NCBI GenBank assembly: GCA_024693715.1
Contig: JAILKS010000052.1
Span: forward strand, 4,214-68,213
Direction of reading: 5' to 3'
Source of the DNA: Treponema sp.
Lineage (GTDB): Bacteria; Spirochaetota; Spirochaetia; Treponematales; Treponemataceae
Length of the DNA: 64,000 bases
The position numbers were made by a program, and so were the translations under genes. Positions 35,575-45,379 of the stretch are shown one piece after another. Below the pieces are notes generated by a model. That model did not search any database. It saw only the letters and a program-made list of their open reading frames with translations, and was not told the DNA's origin. How positions within the stretch are numbered: position 1 is the first letter of the stretch; every line of letters begins with the position of its first letter.

Positions 35575-37898
35575 TGAATGATGTTTTGATTTTTAATGAT
35601 GTTCCTTCGACCTGGGAACATTATCTCCCGCTAGGAAATGGCCGTCTTGGTGCCATGGTAAAAACAGACCCCTGCAGTGAAATTCTTCAGCTTAATGAAG
35701 AAGGAATCTGGTCCGGAGGTCCTCAAAATAGAATTAATCCTGATTCAAAAAAATATATTGAAAATATACGTTCACTTGTAAAGGAAGGTAAGGTGCTTCA
35801 GGCACAGGAGCTTGCTTTTCAAACTCTCAGTGGAACCTCGGTTAACGAAAGGGTTTATCAGACAGCAGGTGATTTTAAAATAGATTTTTATTCTGAAAAA
35901 AATGCAGGGCTTGCATGCGGTTGGCCTTTGCAGCATAAACCCGACAAACAGGCATATAAAACCTATGAATCATCACTTAATCTTTCGAGCGCCTGCACAC
36001 AGGTAGTTTATAAAGATGAAGAAGGCACGACATTTAACAGAAAAACATGGATTAGTGCAGTTGATGATATGATTTTCATGCTTGTCACTGCAGACAAAAA
36101 GGGAAAAATTAATTTCTGTGGATTTCTTGACCGCGGTAATGATTCAGATAAAATATTTTGCGAAGATAATTTTATTTTTCTTGAAGATTCTCATGGGATT
36201 CCTTTTTGTGTCGGAATCGGAGCAGTAAATAAGGGCGGGACAATTGAAACAAAAGGAGTTTGTCTTACCGGTAAAAAATGTGATGAAGTTCTTTTTTTTA
36301 TAGATATTCAGGCCTTCAAATGGAATAAAAAAATTACAGAAAAAAATTACAGAAAGCTGACTTTAAAAAATACATGGTCTTCAAGATGTAAAAAAAATCT
36401 TTTACAGATGCGGAAAACAATTTTAAATTCTTCCATAAAAAAAGCGGTAGAAGAGATTTTTGAATGGCATGTAAATGAATATCAATCTTACTGGAATAGA
36501 TTTTATCTGCAGATTGGAAAGGAAAATGAAAAACAAAAAACTGTTTCTGAGCTTTTAAAAAAATCTGAAGAAGCCTCATCTGAACTTGTAAATCTTTATG
36601 CTAATTTTTCACGCTATCTTTTAATAAGTTCATCGAGGGTTCCTGGAATCCTTCCTGCAAATCTTCAGGGAATCTGGAACTGTTATATGGCACCGCCATG
36701 GGGAAGTAAATATACAATCAATATAAATGCGCAGATGAATTACTGGCCTGTGAATATGAGTGGTCTTTGTGAATGTGAGCTGCCTCTTTTTGAACTTCTT
36801 GAACGAGCCTACAAAAATGGATGTGAAGCTTCACAAAAAATGTACGGTTGCAGGGGATATGTTCTTCATCATAATACAGATTATTGGGGAGATGCCGCAC
36901 CTCAGGATGCATGGTTACCAGGAACCTATTGGGTGCTTGGAGCGGCATGGCTTGCAACTCATATATGGGAGCATTATGAATACACACAGGATGTTGAGTT
37001 TTTAAAAAGATATTATTATCTTATTCACGAAGCATGTATTTTCTTTGTTGACTATCTTGTTCCGTCTGAAATAAAAGCTTCTGATGGAAAGCCTTATCTT
37101 GTCATTAATCCTTCCTTATCACCTGAAAATTCCTATATAACAAAAACTAACGAGCAGGGAGCGTTATGTGAAGGATGCGAAATGGATAATATGATTCTTG
37201 AGCATCTTTTTAAAAGTTGTCTTTCTGCAAAAAAAGTATTACAGAAAAATGCCTGCAGTAAAAACGGTAAATGTTATAAACCAACGGATTTTGAATCTTT
37301 TGAATATATTCTTAAGCATCTGAAAGCTCCTTCGTTAAATAAAGACGGCTCTCTTATGGAATGGAATACGATTGTAAAAGAGGTTGAAAAAGGACACAGG
37401 CATATATCTCATCTTTACGGACTATTTCCGGGATGTACTATAAAAACTGATGATAAAATCCTTGCAGATGCGTGCAGAAAAACTTTGAACAACCGTCTGA
37501 AAAATGGAGGGGGACATACAGGCTGGAGTCTTGCGTGGATAATGAATTTTTATGCAGAGCTTGGAATGGGAGATATGGTTCTTTCTTCGTTAAAAAATGT
37601 ATTGAGCCGTTCAACGCTTCCTAATCTTTTAGATAATCATCCTCCTTTTCAAATTGACGGAAATTTTGGTTCACTTGCTGCTATTATCCGGATGTTAGTA
37701 CAATCTTCTGTAAAAGAAGACGGAATTTTTGTCGTAAAATTACTCCCAGCTTTACCGGAAGATAAACAGTGGCAGAATGGATGTGTAAAAGGCGTGAGGT
37801 TAAAAGGGGGAGTTGTGCTTGACTTTGAATGGAAAAATGGAAAAATAATTAACAGAAGAATTGTAAGCGGTTCAGAAAAGAAAATTGTTTTTCCATAA
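35574..37898 (+). CDS. GH95 alpha-L-fucosidase-like glycoside hydrolase
   Basis: LPLGNGRLGAMV, NLQGIWN..PPWGSKYTININAQMNYW, HRHISHLYGLFPG, FQIDGNFG; no signal peptide. Confidence 0.92.
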   Translation: MNDVLIFNDVPSTWEHYLPLGNGRLGAMVKTDPCSEILQLNEEGIWSGGPQNRINPDSKKYIENIRSLVKEGKVLQAQELAFQTLSGTSVNERVYQTAGDFKIDFYSEKNAGLACGWPLQHKPDKQAYKTYESSLNLSSACTQVVYKDEEGTTFNRKTWISAVDDMIFMLVTADKKGKINFCGFLDRGNDSDKIFCEDNFIFLEDSHGIPFCVGIGAVNKGGTIETKGVCLTGKKCDEVLFFIDIQAFKWNKKITEKNYRKLTLKNTWSSRCKKNLLQMRKTILNSSIKKAVEEIFEWHVNEYQSYWNRFYLQIGKENEKQKTVSELLKKSEEASSELVNLYANFSRYLLISSSRVPGILPANLQGIWNCYMAPPWGSKYTININAQMNYWPVNMSGLCECELPLFELLERAYKNGCEASQKMYGCRGYVLHHNTDYWGDAAPQDAWLPGTYWVLGAAWLATHIWEHYEYTQDVEFLKRYYYLIHEACIFFVDYLVPSEIKASDGKPYLVINPSLSPENSYITKTNEQGALCEGCEMDNMILEHLFKSCLSAKKVLQKNACSKNGKCYKPTDFESFEYILKHLKAPSLNKDGSLMEWNTIVKEVEKGHRHISHLYGLFPGCTIKTDDKILADACRKTLNNRLKNGGGHTGWSLAWIMNFYAELGMGDMVLSSLKNVLSRSTLPNLLDNHPPFQIDGNFGSLAAIIRMLVQSSVKEDGIFVVKLLPALPEDKQWQNGCVKGVRLKGGVVLDFEWKNGKIINRRIVSGSEKKIVFP

Positions 37899-37979
37899 AT
37901 TTTTGTTGACTTCGTAATAATGTAATTTTAGAATTAAGTATATATATTATTTTGTGATTTTTATGGAGGCATAATAAAA

Positions 37980-38957
37980 ATGAAAAAAATAACAAAATGT
38001 CTTGGAACTGTCGTTTTAAGTATTCTTGTTTTGTGTTTGATTTCCTGCGGTCATGATAAAGAAGCTTTCAGTCAGGGAGATGTCGTAAAGAAGGGAATTA
38101 AAATAAATGGAAAATTACTTGCAAATACCAGTGAAGTCTGCGTAATTCCAAAACAGGTTACGATTACAGGTGCAACACCAGATTTTATCGATGAACATAC
38201 TCAAGATAAAGATAAAGGTGTTCTGGTAGAAGGAAGAACAGTAACTTTAAGTCCTTTTGTAATGGGAAGATATGAAGTTACACAGGAATTATATGAAGCT
38301 GTAATGGAAGGAGAAGAAGGGTTCTTCTCAACTCCTAGTTATTTTACTTCTGATCCTGATGATACTGAAAAACAGGAATTAAGACCTGTTGAACAGGTTT
38401 CATGGGATGAGGCAGTAATATTTTGTAATAAGCTTTCTGAAAAAGAAGGTCTTACAAAAGCTTATAACATAGATAAAGAAGGAAATGAATATGTAATAAC
38501 ATTGGTTCCTGGTGCAAACGGATATCGCCTTCCTACAGAAGCAGAGTGGGAATTTGCAGCAAGGGGTGGTGATGTATCAAAAGCAGACTGGAATTATGCT
38601 TACAGCGGAAGTAATGATATTTCAGAGGTTGCCTGGTATGGGGGAAATTCTGATGATAAAACACATCAGACTGGTTTGAAGAAACAAAACAGACTTGGTA
38701 TTTATGATATGACAGGAAATGTTTTTGAATGGTGTTATGACTGGGCTGTTGAGTTTAAAGATCTTACAGGAAATGTTGTTAATCCGGTCGGTCCGGAAAG
38801 CGGATTAGAAGATTGTAAGGTTGAACGAGGTGGTGGCTGGGGCTTTGATGATATTACGACTGTATGCTTCAGATTCTATTATGATAACAGTTTTCATTGC
38901 TACAAAAATGCAAAGGATAGAATGCTTGGTTTCCGTGTATGCCGAAGTATAAAGTAG
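37980..38957 (+). CDS. Lipoprotein with FGE-sulfatase/SUMF1 (CLec-fold) domain
   Basis: LISC lipobox; YEVTQELY, PVEQVSWDEAVIFCNKLS, GYRLPTEAEWEFAARGG, YDMTGNVFEWC, RGGGW...LGFRV. Confidence 0.9.
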   Translation: MKKITKCLGTVVLSILVLCLISCGHDKEAFSQGDVVKKGIKINGKLLANTSEVCVIPKQVTITGATPDFIDEHTQDKDKGVLVEGRTVTLSPFVMGRYEVTQELYEAVMEGEEGFFSTPSYFTSDPDDTEKQELRPVEQVSWDEAVIFCNKLSEKEGLTKAYNIDKEGNEYVITLVPGANGYRLPTEAEWEFAARGGDVSKADWNYAYSGSNDISEVAWYGGNSDDKTHQTGLKKQNRLGIYDMTGNVFEWCYDWAVEFKDLTGNVVNPVGPESGLEDCKVERGGGWGFDDITTVCFRFYYDNSFHCYKNAKDRMLGFRVCRSIK

Positions 38958-38989
38958 CTCTTATTCAGAATAAATAAGTATCAGCTGTA

Positions 38990-39022
38990 ATTACCCGGGC
39001 AAGCCCGGGTAATATTTTTTTT
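38990..39022 (+). terminator. Intrinsic terminator
   Basis: attacccgggc-aa-gcccgggtaat perfect inverted repeat followed by a T-run. Confidence 0.8.
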
Positions 39023-39071
39023 AAATGGTTAATAAAGAATATAAAATGTTATACCGATATTTAAAAAGTAT

Positions 39072-40778
39072 ATGGAAAAAAATCAAAAGAGCTCATTTGA
39101 TAAGCTTGTTGCAGGTCTTAATGCAGAAGATCGCCTTGCAATGCTCAATAGAATTAATCAGACTACATCCTCAGCGGTACAGACTATTGAAGAAGAAACA
39201 GATATTCCCGATAAAAATGTGACTTTATCTGCCAAGCTTGAAACTGAATCTCTTCTTTACCGCATATTTCTTTATATCCGTTCGTTATTTAAACAAAGCA
39301 GCAAAGAAGATATTTATAATGATGATTTAATGGCCAGCCTTGCAAGAAAAATCAATAAAAATCATCCCGGGGTTGTAAATCATAAGATAAAATCGCTTGA
39401 TTATCTTTTTTATGAAAGACTTCTGGCCTTGAAGGAAGCTTCAGATTTTTTCAAACCGTATTTTCTTTTTATTAACGAAAATCCCGGTGATTTTTATGTA
39501 TTCATGAGTTCTTTTGTTGCGCCTCAGCTTGCAGAACAGGTTAATGCAGAAGCGGATCCGTATATTCTTCCATTTACAAAAGAGGTTGGACCTGATGTCC
39601 GTACAGATTTAGCACGTAAGCTTGATAAAATTCTTAATAATATGGATTCTCTTTCTAAAAAATCCATTTATTCCAGTGTAATCAGCGTGAACTGGCTTCA
39701 GAATTTTGTATCACTTCCATTTATTCATTTTGTTGCACAGTTTACGAATATCGCCGGTAGTGTTTATACCTGTCCGTATATAAATGCAACGACAGATTTT
39801 AATCAGTTTGTAAAAGTTTTCAGTAATATTGTTCCTGTTCAAAATGAGATTCTTGAATCAGTTTATCTTTTTTCGCAGAAGAAGAATTTTAATGAAAACG
39901 TACAGGATAAAGATATTGAAAAAGCCTTGAGGGAATTTCTTACAAAGGCAAAATCTTATATTTCAACCATTCAGGAATTTTACGCTGGTGTTTCGATCCA
40001 TAAATTAAGCAAGGTTGTGAACAATGATTATGATTATCAGGCAGAACCAATGACTGGTGCAGAAAACTGGTTTTCGCTTTTCAGAAATCAATGGAGAAAA
40101 ATCCTTGACATACGATGGAATGAATGGATGCGTGAACAGAAAAAGCAGACTTTAAGTGAAAATTTACGCATTGATTTTAATCTTACTGAATTTCCTGTAA
40201 TGCAGTATAGACCTTGGCTTGCTTTATGGAATCCTGTTTCTTTTTCATGTGAACTTACAGGTGGATTCTTGTCCTGGTTTGCTACAGAAAAATATGATGA
40301 AATAAGCCTTCCGTTAAATGAAGTAATGATGGAAGGAATCTTTATCAGAAGTGAAAACAGAACGGAATATTCAGAAGGATTAAATACTTTTTCGAATGCA
40401 AATGCAAATATGAGAAGTCTTCTTTTGAAACTTTCCCCAAATGGTGAATATGGACATGTATTTGCTGAATTTGCAGAAAACAAGGTTACTACTCTTCAGA
40501 TTCAAAGTCAGATAAATGCAATGATGGTAGATATAGAAAGCAGCATAAAGGATACAATCAAGCTGTTCGGAAAAGGGGCCAGAACTATTGAAAGAATATT
40601 CCATGGCTTCTTTGATGAATCGAAGGATGGTATTCATGAAACGCTTCAGAACATGTCTACAATTAAAGGGCATGATAATCATGCGTTCAGGGACAGACTT
40701 AAGGAAATAAGAGATTTGCTCAGAAAATCGATGTTTTATATTGCAGAACTTGAACCTATTGATATGGCGACGGAGTAA
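39072..40778 (+). CDS. Conserved spirochaete hypothetical protein (DUF5312-like)
   Basis: 568-aa soluble, helical-looking ORF; family name from recollection only. Confidence 0.55.
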   Translation: MEKNQKSSFDKLVAGLNAEDRLAMLNRINQTTSSAVQTIEEETDIPDKNVTLSAKLETESLLYRIFLYIRSLFKQSSKEDIYNDDLMASLARKINKNHPGVVNHKIKSLDYLFYERLLALKEASDFFKPYFLFINENPGDFYVFMSSFVAPQLAEQVNAEADPYILPFTKEVGPDVRTDLARKLDKILNNMDSLSKKSIYSSVISVNWLQNFVSLPFIHFVAQFTNIAGSVYTCPYINATTDFNQFVKVFSNIVPVQNEILESVYLFSQKKNFNENVQDKDIEKALREFLTKAKSYISTIQEFYAGVSIHKLSKVVNNDYDYQAEPMTGAENWFSLFRNQWRKILDIRWNEWMREQKKQTLSENLRIDFNLTEFPVMQYRPWLALWNPVSFSCELTGGFLSWFATEKYDEISLPLNEVMMEGIFIRSENRTEYSEGLNTFSNANANMRSLLLKLSPNGEYGHVFAEFAENKVTTLQIQSQINAMMVDIESSIKDTIKLFGKGARTIERIFHGFFDESKDGIHETLQNMSTIKGHDNHAFRDRLKEIRDLLRKSMFYIAELEPIDMATE

Positions 40779-41578
40779 TGAATTATTTTTCTATTACCGG
40801 TGAATTGACCGAAGACGACAGAATTGTAGAATTTCCTTTCTCAAAAAATGGTGTTGCTCTTGTTAATGCGCCAAAGTGCGGTATGACTTTACGTGCGGCG
40901 GGAAGTATGCGCTTCAGATGGTCGGAAGTAAATATGCTGCGTGACAGGACTATTTCAAGTATCTGTGAAAATCAGTTTACTCCAGTCCCAATCGAGTTGA
41001 TTCATTCGCACATAGTTTTTGATATAAATCATCCGACAGATACATATAGAAAACAGGGTGATGGAATTATTACGACAAATAAAAAACTTGTACCTATTGT
41101 TACAGTTGCTGACTGTATGCCTGTATATCTTTTTGACAGAACTACCGGAGTTTTTGGTATAGTTCATTCGGGCTGGAAGGGAACCGGTATTGCAGTAGAT
41201 GCTATTGAACTTGCCGGACAGAAATATGGCGCAAAACCGGAAGATTTTTGTGTTGTAATAGGTCCTCACATTAATGACTGCTGTTATGTAGTAAACGAAG
41301 AACGTGCTGAATATTTTGCAATGAATTTTAATCCTGAATGTATTCGTCCTGTTTCGAAGGATTATAAGCCGGACTGGGATGCAGGAGAAGGAAAACTTTT
41401 TCATCTTTCGTTATTAAAAGCAAATCTTGAGCTTCTAAAAAGAGCAGGTGTCCTTGATGAAAATATTTCGGTATGCACAGACTGCACCTGCTGTAACGAG
41501 CTTTTCGGTTCAAATCGTCGTGAAACTAAAAACAAAATGAATTTTACAGTTCAGGCTGCATTTGTAATAAATGACTAG
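40778..41578 (+). CDS. pgeF: YfiH/PgeF (laccase-domain) family protein
   Basis: DGIIT, TVADCMPV, VHSGWKGT, IGPHINDCCY, CTCC motifs. Confidence 0.88.
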   Translation: MNYFSITGELTEDDRIVEFPFSKNGVALVNAPKCGMTLRAAGSMRFRWSEVNMLRDRTISSICENQFTPVPIELIHSHIVFDINHPTDTYRKQGDGIITTNKKLVPIVTVADCMPVYLFDRTTGVFGIVHSGWKGTGIAVDAIELAGQKYGAKPEDFCVVIGPHINDCCYVVNEERAEYFAMNFNPECIRPVSKDYKPDWDAGEGKLFHLSLLKANLELLKRAGVLDENISVCTDCTCCNELFGSNRRETKNKMNFTVQAAFVIND

Positions 41579-43275
41579 AAATCAGGCGATTCCAGAGGAT
41601 GCATAATCTGATATTCAATTGCATTAAGCTGTTTTTGTATTTTTTCATCACCAGGCAGCCATTCATATTTTTCCCTTATGCTTTGAACTGACTTTAAAAT
41701 ATCCTTGTTTGTATCGATTATTGCATTAAAATAATCAGCCTTAAAAAGCTTGCTGTTTACATTCATGTCTTTTTCAAGCGAATAAGCTATATCAGTGATT
41801 ATCCAGCAGTCTTTTTTGAAAACAAGAGTAACTGTTGCTTCATTTAATTGAACTTGAATGTCATTTTCTTCATCAAGAGTCATAAGAAGATAATAAGAAA
41901 TTTTATGTTTTTCTTCCGTTCCTTCGCTGATATTCAGGGCAGGATATTTTTCCTTTCTTTTATGAAGCTTGTATTCTGTTTCTGTAAGCTTGCCATCTAT
42001 TTTCAGATTTGTAATTCCGTAAAGTCCCGCATACGTGTTTAAAGAAATGTCGGTAACATAGCACAAATATTCTGACGGTGAAACAAAGCCTTTTCCCTGT
42101 GAATATGCTTCCCTTTGTTTTCCGAGTACAAAAATGTTTCCTATTGTGTCTATATATTTTGAAACGGTTTTACCCTTTGCAATCGCATCAAGAAATGTAA
42201 CGTCTTTTCTGTTCACACCGTCGAAGAATGCTTCAATCGTTTGTTCTGCCGTTAATCCTACTGAACAATAGTCATCAAGATGACTTGAAGTAAAGGATTT
42301 TATTGTGATGAAGATTCCTATAAAGATTGCTGTCATTACAAGAATACGCTGTGTATTACGTCTAATTGTTCTTTTTGTTTTTATTCTTGCTGCTTTTGTT
42401 TTAAGATATGTACTGCATTTTTCTTCTATATCTTCTGAGAAAATTTCAGGATGAAGTACATCTTTTTCGCTGAATAAAAGCTCAAGAGGAAAATCAGGAA
42501 CAGGCTTTAAATCTTCAACATCCTTTCCTTTTCTTTTTTTGCCCGGAACCTTTACGATATTTGAATTTAATATTAATCCTTTGTTTATCGCAGAACTGAG
42601 TTCTTTATCAAGGTTGTCTACAATCATTTCTACAGGAATAAAGTTACGGTCCAGGTAATCGGCATTGCGTTCTATCTGCTTCGGGTTTGTAAACGGAAGA
42701 CGATTACATAAAAGAGAGTAGGCGTAAACACTTCTTTGAAAACATATTGCAGAAAGTCCATTAAGAGTCGGGTTTAAATAAAACCCCTTTTCTTCTGAAT
42801 ATTCGCTGGCATTAAGTGAATTTGCCGCATAAGAAAAAAGATTTTCCGGTATAAGAAGGATTGAAACCTTGTTATCTGAAAAATCAATTATAGTTCCGCC
42901 GGGACCATTCATCGGTAAAGAAACATTTTCTTTTGCAGCCTGTGTTAAAAGACAGCAGAGTGCATAATAAGCATCTTTTGTCTGTTTGTTGTTTTTTTGT
43001 ATCAGTTGTAAAAGCGTTTCGGCTTTTGAAGAAAGACAGTTTTCTCCGCAGTAAAAAACAATGCGCTCCTGTCTTCCTTCAACGTTAAAAGATTTGATTT
43101 CAGAAAAAGACCAATCTGAAAAATTGAAATTGAATTGTCCGTTGGAGGAATAGTCGCTTACCGCAAAAATTCCTTTTTCAGTTACAATATCATTGTATTT
43201 TGTTTTTCCGAAAATATATTCGTCAAGTCTGCTGTTTAATTTTATTGTATCTTTTTCTATTGAAATCAAACTCAT
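41575..43275 (-). CDS. Single-pass membrane protein of unknown function, co-transcribed with hflKC
   Basis: One TM (ILVMTAIFIGIFITI); overlaps the hflC stop; possible degenerate kinase-like N-terminal lobe. Confidence 0.6.
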   Translation of the reverse strand: MSLISIEKDTIKLNSRLDEYIFGKTKYNDIVTEKGIFAVSDYSSNGQFNFNFSDWSFSEIKSFNVEGRQERIVFYCGENCLSSKAETLLQLIQKNNKQTKDAYYALCCLLTQAAKENVSLPMNGPGGTIIDFSDNKVSILLIPENLFSYAANSLNASEYSEEKGFYLNPTLNGLSAICFQRSVYAYSLLCNRLPFTNPKQIERNADYLDRNFIPVEMIVDNLDKELSSAINKGLILNSNIVKVPGKKRKGKDVEDLKPVPDFPLELLFSEKDVLHPEIFSEDIEEKCSTYLKTKAARIKTKRTIRRNTQRILVMTAIFIGIFITIKSFTSSHLDDYCSVGLTAEQTIEAFFDGVNRKDVTFLDAIAKGKTVSKYIDTIGNIFVLGKQREAYSQGKGFVSPSEYLCYVTDISLNTYAGLYGITNLKIDGKLTETEYKLHKRKEKYPALNISEGTEEKHKISYYLLMTLDEENDIQVQLNEATVTLVFKKDCWIITDIAYSLEKDMNVNSKLFKADYFNAIIDTNKDILKSVQSIREKYEWLPGDEKIQKQLNAIEYQIMHPLESPDF

Positions 43276-44291
43276 TATCTTTTACCGTCCGAACTGTATA
43301 AATAGTCAAAGTAATCCATGCTTGTGCTGTAGGTTGCATCAAAATCCTTGAGTGTTTTCTTGTATGATTCCATACTTTTCCAGAAGGCAAAGAATTCAGG
43401 ATCTTTATTGTAAGCTTCTGCATAGATTTTTGCTGCTTCCGCATCTGCCGCACCTTTTATTTCTTCTGCTTTTCTGTAAGCTTCAGATTCAATTGTGCGC
43501 TTGTCATTTTCAAGTTTACCAAGGAGTTTCGCTTTTTCACCTTCACCGGTTGAGCGGTACTGCTGTGCAACCTGATTTCTGTCTTTAATCATACGGCTGT
43601 AGACATCTTCGGTAAGCTTGTCGTTGAACATGATTTTTCTTGGAACAATGTCAATGATTTCAATTCCAAAATCAGAAATGTTCTTGCTTGCTTCCTTGAG
43701 CATAAGTTTACAGATTTCTTTTCGTCCGATAGAGATTATTTCATTTTCATTTTCGTTGATTGAAGTTGTATCTGAAGATGCTTCTTCATTTTCAGCATTT
43801 TCTTCAGTCTGATTTTTTTCACTTTCAATTCCATCTGAAACAATTCGTTCATTTATGATGTTAGTTGAGCGGACTATTTCACTTAATCTGTTTTGTGTGA
43901 TGATTGTTCTACAGGCATTATCAATGATGTCGCTTATGTCATTGTATCCTTTGTCCAGCTTCTGGAATCTCTGATAGAATTTTACAGGATCTGTGATTCT
44001 CCATCTTGCAGAAACATCAAATACAATAAGTCTGTTTTCTTTTGTTTGAATTTCCTGTAAATCACCATCTATAGACAAGGTTTTCTTTGGAAATGTCGTT
44101 ACGATGTCAATGAAAGGAATCTTAAAGTAAGCACCTGCTTCAGTATGTGTTGCAACGATTTTTTTGATTCTGGTTACTACAACCTGTTCACCTTCGTTAA
44201 CAATGTAAAAAGGCTTTGCAGCGATTGCAACTACAACTACTATTATTAAAGCGCAAAGTAAGAATAATGCTTTTTTGAATTTTGCTGCCAT
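43275..44291 (-). CDS. hflC: FtsH modulator HflC
   Basis: SPFH domain; YSRMIKDRNQVAQQYRSTGEGE, ADAEAAKIYAEAY, FFAFWKSMESY. Confidence 0.92.
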   Translation of the reverse strand: MAAKFKKALFLLCALIIVVVVAIAAKPFYIVNEGEQVVVTRIKKIVATHTEAGAYFKIPFIDIVTTFPKKTLSIDGDLQEIQTKENRLIVFDVSARWRITDPVKFYQRFQKLDKGYNDISDIIDNACRTIITQNRLSEIVRSTNIINERIVSDGIESEKNQTEENAENEEASSDTTSINENENEIISIGRKEICKLMLKEASKNISDFGIEIIDIVPRKIMFNDKLTEDVYSRMIKDRNQVAQQYRSTGEGEKAKLLGKLENDKRTIESEAYRKAEEIKGAADAEAAKIYAEAYNKDPEFFAFWKSMESYKKTLKDFDATYSTSMDYFDYLYSSDGKR

Positions 44292-44292
44292 A

Positions 44293-45252
44293 TTAGTTTC
44301 CTCCCTTCAAAGTTTTTATTGGAAGAACGTTTTCAAGTTCACTGTCAATAAGTTCAGGCTTGTTTTCTCCTGATAATATTTCTTCCATAGTTTCAAGATA
44401 AAGACGTTCCTTTGTTACCTTTGGAGCACGCTTATATTCTTCATAAACTGCATTGAATCTTGCAACATCACCTTTTGCCTTGTTAATACGTTCTGTTGCA
44501 TATCCTTCAGCAATCTGAATCTGACGGTCAGCTTCACCCTTTGCCTTAGGAATTTCTGTGTTGTATGCTTCTTTTCCTTCATTGATAAAGCGTTTCATGT
44601 CCTGGTCTGCCTTGTTTACATCTTCAAAGGCTTCACGAACATTTTCCGGTGCCTGAATGTTCTGGAAAATTACACCGCATACTGTAATTCCAAGCTGAAG
44701 GTCATTAAAAGTATCGTTCATCATTTTAATTGCTGCTTCCTGAATAGGAGTACGTGCAGAACCTATAACATCAAGAATTGCATAATCACCAATCAATGTA
44801 TTTATTGCAGAGCGAGAAACATCATCAATAGTATTTTCCCTTTCCTGAATACTGAACAGCCATTTCATAGGATCTGTGATTTTGTACTGAATTGTCCATT
44901 CAACATCAACAAGATTTAAATCGCCCGTAAGCATTGTTGATTCTTCAAGGATACCGTTTTTATATTCGCTGTTTCTTCCGGCTTTTACTGTTCTGAAGCC
45001 GTATTGTTTTGTAAGAAGAGTTGTAACAGGAACATTGTAATTCTTTTCTATACCGAAAGGTAATTTGAAATGAACTCCAGCCTGTTCTTCTGTCCGCACG
45101 AATTTGCCGAATCGTGTAATAACAGCCTGTTCAGTGGTATCAATAAGATAAAATCCGCTGATTCCAGCAATTATTATCAGAGCAAGCACGACTATCCAGA
45201 AAAAAGAAATTTTCCCCAGTTTTTTCAGTTTGCCACCGTTATTTTTCATCAT
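44293..45252 (-). CDS. hflK: FtsH modulator HflK
   Basis: AVITRFGK, GVHFKLPFGIE, MLTGDLNLVDV, VREAFEDV, PKAKGEA, VTKERLYLETME. Confidence 0.92.
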   Translation of the reverse strand: MMKNNGGKLKKLGKISFFWIVVLALIIIAGISGFYLIDTTEQAVITRFGKFVRTEEQAGVHFKLPFGIEKNYNVPVTTLLTKQYGFRTVKAGRNSEYKNGILEESTMLTGDLNLVDVEWTIQYKITDPMKWLFSIQERENTIDDVSRSAINTLIGDYAILDVIGSARTPIQEAAIKMMNDTFNDLQLGITVCGVIFQNIQAPENVREAFEDVNKADQDMKRFINEGKEAYNTEIPKAKGEADRQIQIAEGYATERINKAKGDVARFNAVYEEYKRAPKVTKERLYLETMEEILSGENKPELIDSELENVLPIKTLKGGN

Positions 45253-45379
45253 TCCTCCTGAATAAATTCCACTTTAGTGGTTTTTATTAAATAGTATTTT
45301 TTAAAGATATTAAAAAAGATGTAAAAAAACAACAGAATTCGTTAAAAGTAGTGTATAATTTATAAAAGAGGAAAATTTT

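Noticed and set aside
38990-39013. Hairpin after the FGE gene as a DGR homing cruciform
   Set aside because: It is followed by a T-run and fully explained as an intrinsic terminator; no TR or RT is in the window.
45269-45280. Short palindrome CCACTTTAGTGG between the hflK and DUF4230 starts
   Set aside because: Too short and not repeated elsewhere in the window to support an operator call.
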